This document shows, in pieces, positions 48,901 to 55,516 of a stretch of DNA of 55,516 nucleotides. Each line of letters opens with the position of its first letter. Positions within the stretch are counted from its first letter, which is position 1. The stretch covers positions 1-55,516 of the forward strand of contig CAJNYD010000552.1 of the NCBI GenBank assembly GCA_905331295.1, in the 5' to 3' direction. The translations under genes were made by a program, and so were the position numbers. A model generated the notes under the pieces. That model saw only the letters and a program-made list of their open reading frames with translations. It had not been told where the DNA came from and searched no databases. This DNA comes from Rotaria socialis. Lineage: Eukaryota.

Positions 48901-51001
48901 AAATTCCAACTTTAAAACTTCTATCTGTTCATTCGTTAGCCGATGATATTCGTAAGAAATCAAAAGATTCTCAGTCTAAAAGTCACTTTTATTTTCAATA
49001 AAATCAAGGCTCAAAACCAGATCGTTCATTTGTCTCACCATTTCATCGACCAATACAAAATGAGGAAATCTTCGCTGAATTAGAACCTGTTCGAGAAGGT
49101 GTCAAAATGGTTATCTATACGTATGTAATTCGATATATAAATTCAATTCCATTTTCAAAACAATACTTTTTGTGTTTTAGTTTCAAAGATTGCCCGTCAT
49201 TTGATTTAGATAAACTTCTTGAAGATGTTCAAAGTGGTTTACATCCTATCACTGCCTATCATATTCTATTTCCAACCCACAGTTCATTGAGTCTAGTAGC
49301 AAAACTTCCTAATAATGAAAAACTTTTAACAGCATCATCGTCAAGTTCATCATTACCTCCATCAACTCTAATAAATAATGACACTGATTTAACAAATTCT
49401 GTGCAATCAATAACTGACTCATTTGTTTCCTATCCAACAAGTACGAATGATTCCAATTTACAGTCCCTAACAAATGGAATGAAATCAAGGACTGGTACAG
49501 TCACATTTGAAAGAACAAGTTCAGCAAACAATGATTCAGAACATCATAATAATGATTCAACATCAACGCTAGTTAATAATAATAATGCTAATAATAATAC
49601 ATCAACGGCATCATTATCAAATAGCGATGAAAAGGAAAATCGACGAATTATTGATATACAGTGTAAACTGAAAACAAAAGACACGCGCTCATCTTTGGTA
49701 ATAATAAAATACCTGTTAGAATTGATTTTGTTTTTAAACTCTCCCTTTATTTCTGATTAGTTACTTATCAGTGTGAAGTTTCAAGATCGATTACAACGAG
49801 ATATGACAGCCGAAGTAGACTCAGATGAATCATCAAATACGATAGCAAAAGAATTGTTGGAACATGGCTTATTTCATGAGGTAATTTTATTTAAATCAAA
49901 TAGAGACCACGATAAACTTTCCGAGAGAACTACGAATTGCAACAACATTTCTCTGCAGAATTGTGAATTTTACTCGTGCGTTTTGTAAAGTCTTGGTTTT
50001 TTTATTGAATATTAGAGCAGATCTTCACGAATTAAAGGAAGAGATATTTTTATGTCTGTCTCTGGTAAACGCTTGTGAAGTTCTAAGGTCCAATGAAAGA
50101 TGAGCATATCGTGTTTGGTATGAAATGAGTCTGATGTAAAGTTTGAGATAACATTTACGAAGAGAACATCAAATTTTCATTGAAATTTAAAAGCAATGTC
50201 ATTGATAATATTGATAAAATATATTTGATTAGTCGGCACGCCAAGGCTGGATACGAATGTAAATAAAACCGTTTAAAAATCAGTATTCAAGATACACATA
50301 CATTCTTTAAGAATACTACGCAAGAGAATCAAAAATATAAAAGACAAACAAAACAAAAGGTAATTTATCTAAATAATTCAATATTCACATTTCTTATGTT
50401 CAGCACATCATAAATCACTGGTACCAGAGAGAAAGATTTAATAGTATGCATTTATTTTTAAAAAATATCATAGAAGACTTGTTGTTATGATAAACAGAAT
50501 TAAGTGCTAGACTAGTTCTCAGCAAGAAAATAGTTACCACAGGAAGCTAAAGGGCAATATCGATCGCGTAAATGATTTAGAATTTGTTTTGGCATGATTG
50601 AGATCGTTTCCAGCTTAGGTCTGAGCAAATTGCTAGTATTATATCCTCAAAATAATGATAGAAATTCTAATGTTAATTATAAATCATCAATAAAAATGTT
50701 TTCTTTTGAAAATACAAAAACATTAGAGTATTTATTGTAAAAAATATTTTAGGCTGATTACGTACGTGTTGAGCAATCAATAAATAAAGCATTAAATGCC
50801 ACATTAACTCCTCAAGATCTAATTATCAATAATCCATCAGCATCATTAACTGATGTAAAAAAAACAACCGTAGCTCCACTACAGACTTTACAAAGTCAAC
50901 TGAGTACATCAACTATGCCGAATGGAACATTGATAGATGGAAATAATACATCCGCATGGACTAATACACTATCACAGCCACTCTCGTTTCTACCGACATA
51001 A
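45925..51001 (+). CDS. NRBP1: Nuclear receptor-binding protein (NRBP/MADM) pseudokinase, multi-exon
   Basis: Acidic tract followed by ESSPCSRWQKRRE, QRDIPGIDASYLAMDTEEGVEVVWNEV, VVFITEYMSSGSLK, IIHGNLTCDTIFIQ..GLLKIGS, TTAVDIYSLGM, RPTARELLFHPALFE and a C-terminal DRLQRDMTAEV block. Confidence 0.95.
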
Positions 51002-51465
51002 GTTGATTTTCGATTTTTATTTCTTTGTATAAATTGTTATTCTGCTGTGTACTCTACATATAATGAATATTTCTCAAAATGTAGACATTGGTGCTTGCGT
51101 TTTTTGTAGACATACGAATATACAGTGTTAACCTCTACGGTTTTCTTCTTTATGTACGCCAAGCGGCTTCTTGTTTCTCTAGTACACATGTGTCTGTACG
51201 AATCGTTTCGTTTTTATAATTTATTGATTCTTATTCTTATTTTGTTTGTTATGCTTCCTTCACGCCAAAATCGGTCTTACTTTCTTTCGGTTTCACTCTT
51301 TCCTTCAAGTCTTTCGGCATCATAGTTTTTTCTTCGGATGATAATAATTATTTTTTTGCAATTCATTTTTTGCTCTTCTTGATACGTCCATGTTGGCATC
51401 TCTATTTATAAAAGTGAAAGTTAGAAGAAGAAATTAAATGAAGTTTTAAAATTATTTTCGAACCT

Positions 51466-51963
51466 TTATTTATTCATTAAGAAGTCTAATGTACAACTAT
51501 TTGATTTGTCAAATTCTACTAACGCTTTACAATGTTCTTCGTGTATGTGAATTTGTGGTCGACAATTTTTAACGAGATTAAATGCTTCAATTAATGACAT
51601 ATTCGTGGAATGCATTAAATAGACAATAGCTATAAATGGTGTTCGACTCATTCCACCACGACAGTGAATTAGTACACGATTCGAATGCTTTTCTCGACGA
51701 GCTTGATCAATAAATTGTAGTGTTAGAGGCAGATTTTTTTCACATTTATTTTTCGATACGCCATCGTTAATGTGAAATACACCATAAGTAAATTCCGATG
51801 GATAGTGACATTTACCAGCTAAATTTACTATATGAGTAATATTTAATGAATGAAGACCTTCTAAATTCTTCGACGTTTGACTACTACCAAGATAAAGAAA
51901 ATTTACAAGAAGTTCCGAATAATCGAAAGATTTTATTGGCAATTTTGATTGGTGGGATGCCAT
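51466..51963 (-). CDS. Atypical dual-specificity phosphatase (165 aa, intronless)
   Basis: Motifs FLYLGS, LNITHIVNL, FHINDG (acid loop), VLIHCRGGMSRT (CX5R) and AFNLVKNCRPQI. Confidence 0.9.
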   Translation of the reverse strand: MASHQSKLPIKSFDYSELLVNFLYLGSSQTSKNLEGLHSLNITHIVNLAGKCHYPSEFTYGVFHINDGVSKNKCEKNLPLTLQFIDQARREKHSNRVLIHCRGGMSRTPFIAIVYLMHSTNMSLIEAFNLVKNCRPQIHIHEEHCKALVEFDKSNSCTLDFLMNK

Positions 51964-53747
51964 TGAGATATAGTTTCAATAAATGAATCTCATTATGTTC
52001 TGTCACTAGCTATGACTAGAATAGTATTGCGCAATAGTTTTGCAAGAAATATAGACGTCATATGACACATCACAGGCAAATGCTTACTATTTATAAAACT
52101 TGTCTAGAATGATTTACAATAAGTAAAAGTCTCGGAATGTAATAATTAATTAATTTGGAAGAATTTTCACAAAAATTTGAACTCAGAAAAAACGTTTAGA
52201 ATTTTTCATTTTCAATGTTCAAAATACAAATTGGATATTCTGTTGTTTAGACATACGATGAAAAAATGTCAATGAATTACACTACTCATTTCGAAGAGTA
52301 AATCACGATATTAAAATTGATATATCTCAGTTATTTGTTACTTCGACAAGATAGATTCAACAATAAAGATCACACACAACATCAGGTGTACATATGCGAA
52401 TTCAATTGAAGAAAACAACTCAACTGAAATGAGAATTGGAAATAAATCAAAGTGATTTTCATTTCGTTACCCATGCCAGATCTATAGAGCATGTATCTTA
52501 GAGAACCGTAGCTACTTGTATGAATAGCTAAAGGTGGTCAAGCTGAACAACTCTTAATAAACATCTCGTACATTCTCGGGGGTTCTGCAAACGGAAAAGC
52601 TTCATCTTTGTAAGAGAAATGTCAGTCTCGGTACATCCCTAGATTTAGGTATCGTTTTTCATCATGATTGATCAATACCTTGTTAATGGCATGTAGGCAA
52701 TTGTATACGTAAAAATATGATCGTCAAAACGAGAAGTGAATATGATCCTGCGTCGATGATTACTTGAAATTCTGTCTTGATGAGAAAGTTGTTGAAGTAA
52801 ACATTCTCTATTGACTATCCTTTGCATCAATTTCAGTTTGTGGTGGACATTACATTTTATTTTCAGGTCTCGTGTTCTTTCAATACAAATGTTTGCATCA
52901 ATCAAATCATTGCTTTCCACATGAATTCAATGCATGATATTTAAACATGTGTACTTAAGATAACTTTTCGTTGAAGAAAAATACTCCTCGTGTAAGTGTG
53001 AAGAAACAACAACCTGTCTGAAACTTCAGATTGCATATAGAAAACTTGTTTGATCAGTAACTGATCTGTATGTTGCAGTTAAAAATTTATATTGTTTAAA
53101 TTTTCTCAAGGATACGAAAAGTAAATTTTCTGAAAGAAAGTTGAGACATGTATATTTCATACTCTTTGGTTTCACCAGCTAATGGTAAATATTTTATTGC
53201 AAAAATCTAGAATCAACAAACACGAGTCGCAGAGTTCAATGTTTTTCTAGAACCGATTTTTTATTCTATTACACTGGTCTTTTTTTCTCAAGAGGACTCA
53301 TCCATAATTCTGTACTATGGTAGCGTTTCCTACATTAAAAATATTAACATCATACTCTTTTCTCAATCACAAACAACTATACAATAATCCTTGTTCATAA
53401 ACATTTTACCCAAGCATTCAATATCATGGTTTCAATCGATTTCCCAAACCTGAATAATTCAAAATTAAACGACTTTAAAGGAATTTAGTAGTATAGTTTT
53501 CGCCCGATTGTAATTTGATCACTAGTCACATGCCTTCAAATTAAAGCAGAACGCATAAAATATGTATAAATATATTCTTTTTAAATTTCCAAGCCGACGT
53601 CTTAGTCATCATATGCTTTCGAATGTCTATTTGAATCGAATTTCATGCAAAATATCAATAAGATAAATGGTTCAAATCCGCTAGACTGATATTTATCTCA
53701 AATAAATATTTACTGATTTATTTGTGCTGCATCATTTTTTTTCTGTA

Positions 53748-54037
53748 CCCACGTCGAACAGTATGGTCCGTATACGGCCATTGACGCTTACTTTACGACT
53801 ATTTTACGGGCGAAATTTTGCCGTAATATCTGGCGCAGTAATACGGACCGTATTATCATGAGAGTACGGAGCACAAACAGCCGTAAGCCATGAAAATTCA
53901 TTCCCGTTTACGGTGCCGTATTACTGCGCCAGGTATTACGGGCAAATACGACCTATTTACTGCCGTAAAGATACCGTTTTGACATCGTTTACCGTCGACA
54001 AACAGACCGTAAACGAATCCATGTTGATCAACCTGGG
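53748..54037. mobile_element. 290-bp MITE with CCCA termini and TA flanks
   Basis: Ends CCCACGTCGAAC and GATCAACCTGGG (imperfect TIR), TA on both sides, dense TACGG/CCGTA repeats. Confidence 0.8.
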
Positions 54038-54039
54038 TA

Positions 54040-55516
54040 CTTCAAATTGTAGATTAGAATGAAACTGTAGCTATTACTTCGAAATTGATCTAGATCTTCT
54101 TTTACAATATCTTCTAAATACTTCAGTAGTTTTTGACGGAAATCTTCGTTTTGAATTTGTTGCTTCAGCTGTGTTGGTGTGAAGTCATGATTGAGCCAAA
54201 TAAGAAGGTGCAAGTGAAGTGAACCTCTGCCTTGGCTCTCTACAGTACCACAGTACTCCTCTGATATGCTTCATAAGTGTATTTATTCTTTGATCGGCAA
54301 TGTTTGAATACGTTCCTTTTGAAATATTTACAAGGGCTGTTGCTATATCTGCAGAACTCAATGATTCTAGAAGTTGTGCAGATTGCTGAAAGTATCGTAT
54401 TAATGTCATTAAATGTGCGTGAAAGCATGCAGTACGGTGTTGTAGAATATTGAAAACAACAAATATGAATGAGCAGTGTTCTTCAAAACGAAGATTTCTA
54501 AACACAATAAGATATCTGAGATGCTCACGAAAATCTATTTGGACCGATCGAGAATCATCTTCAATTGCACCACAACCATATGGGAAAAGCGCAGGAAGGA
54601 TGCCTAATAGTATATTTGGATTAGAATATTCATTCACCGGTCTGTTGCCACGAGGAATCATGTATACAGTATCTTTTTGGATACTTCTTTCAGAAGTCAG
54701 TCCACGTGTTTGCTCTGCGGTTTGGAACTTCATTCGGTCGAATAGATGTTCAGCAACATCATCGGACGAAATATTGGTACCATTAACATCTAAAACAGCA
54801 CTGTAATACAAACCATAGTACTTAAATATATCAATATGATTTTTTTTTAAACTTTACTTCGGAATTAAAGGTACAATTGCTGTATTATTTGATTCAGATA
54901 CATTGATAAAAAATCGGGAATATAACTTGCTCTTTCATTTGCAGCAGTTTCAACGTTGTCGAAGACTTGCATTGTTGCCCACAAACATTATGGTACATCA
55001 TCGTCAGGTAATTTATCGATTATTGATGGATTAATTACTACATTTCGATAGAGTGGGTTGCTTTGTCTGAGCCATTATAATGGGTTCAGTACTTTCTTTT
55101 TTCGAACTGTCAAAAGATTTTTTAGTTCGCTTCTTTCTGGAGTGCGACAGCCGACAAAAATGATTTTTAGTGAACCACATAGACCCTCTAACTCTAATGG
55201 CAATGTAGCAGCAATGTTCACCATATCCTGTGGAAAGGCTATACAGTTGCCTTTAATAGCTGATTGAGCTGTGGCTGCTGAATGAAAAGATGAATGCAAT
55301 TTTACGATGCAACTATTGTGTCTGTATAGAGCAATGAGTCTTTGCTCAGGAATGGTTAGTCCCTGCAGTTCATTTGGCATATCTCCCATTCATATTTTGT
55401 TGGCCACTGAAAACTTCGGTATTTTTTCCTTTGTCAATGCAGACCAGCACTCCATGCAAATGTCACAATGTATAAAATAACGTTTCTTCTTATCAAGACT
55501 ACGATGTAGTCCTCGT
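54040..55516 (-). mobile_element. Decayed Helitron Rep-helicase fragment (runs off the window)
   Basis: HUH motif GTVESQGRGSLHLHLLIW (~54196-54249). Helitron-typical LFPYGCG and RFEEHCSFIFVVFNILQ blocks; upstream region ANKIWMGDMPNELQGLTIPEQRLIA...KGNCIAFPQD-like. In-frame stops, a frameshift and an internal deletion. Confidence 0.88.

Overview
AT-rich eukaryotic (animal) genomic DNA with many short GT-AG introns. Gene content, intron style and TE types suggest a bdelloid rotifer (inference). The left ~17 kb behaves like an accessory zone: a Ly6/three-finger gene, nested DNA transposons and MITEs, an LDLa-family pseudogene, and two adjacent foreign-looking genes. One is a fungal-type membrane protein carrying PSAP/PPxY motifs. 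The other is an intact ~878-aa five-module RNA end-healing/sealing fusion (2H phosphoesterase + TPR-like + Cys-phosphatase + P-loop kinase + ATP-dependent RNA ligase), the most striking feature of the window. Next come a tandem acyl-protein thioesterase array (two full copies plus a relic), a very tightly packed same-strand trio (CCDC115/Vma22, TMEM126-like, membrane-anchored P4H-like oxygenase) that may be an operon, and a large stereocilin/otoancorin/mesothelin-family gene with a furin site. The right part holds a single-exon knottin-like prepropeptide, an NRBP pseudokinase, an intronless dual-specificity phosphatase, a MITE and a decayed Helitron. All family assignments come from motif recognition by eye; no searches were run.
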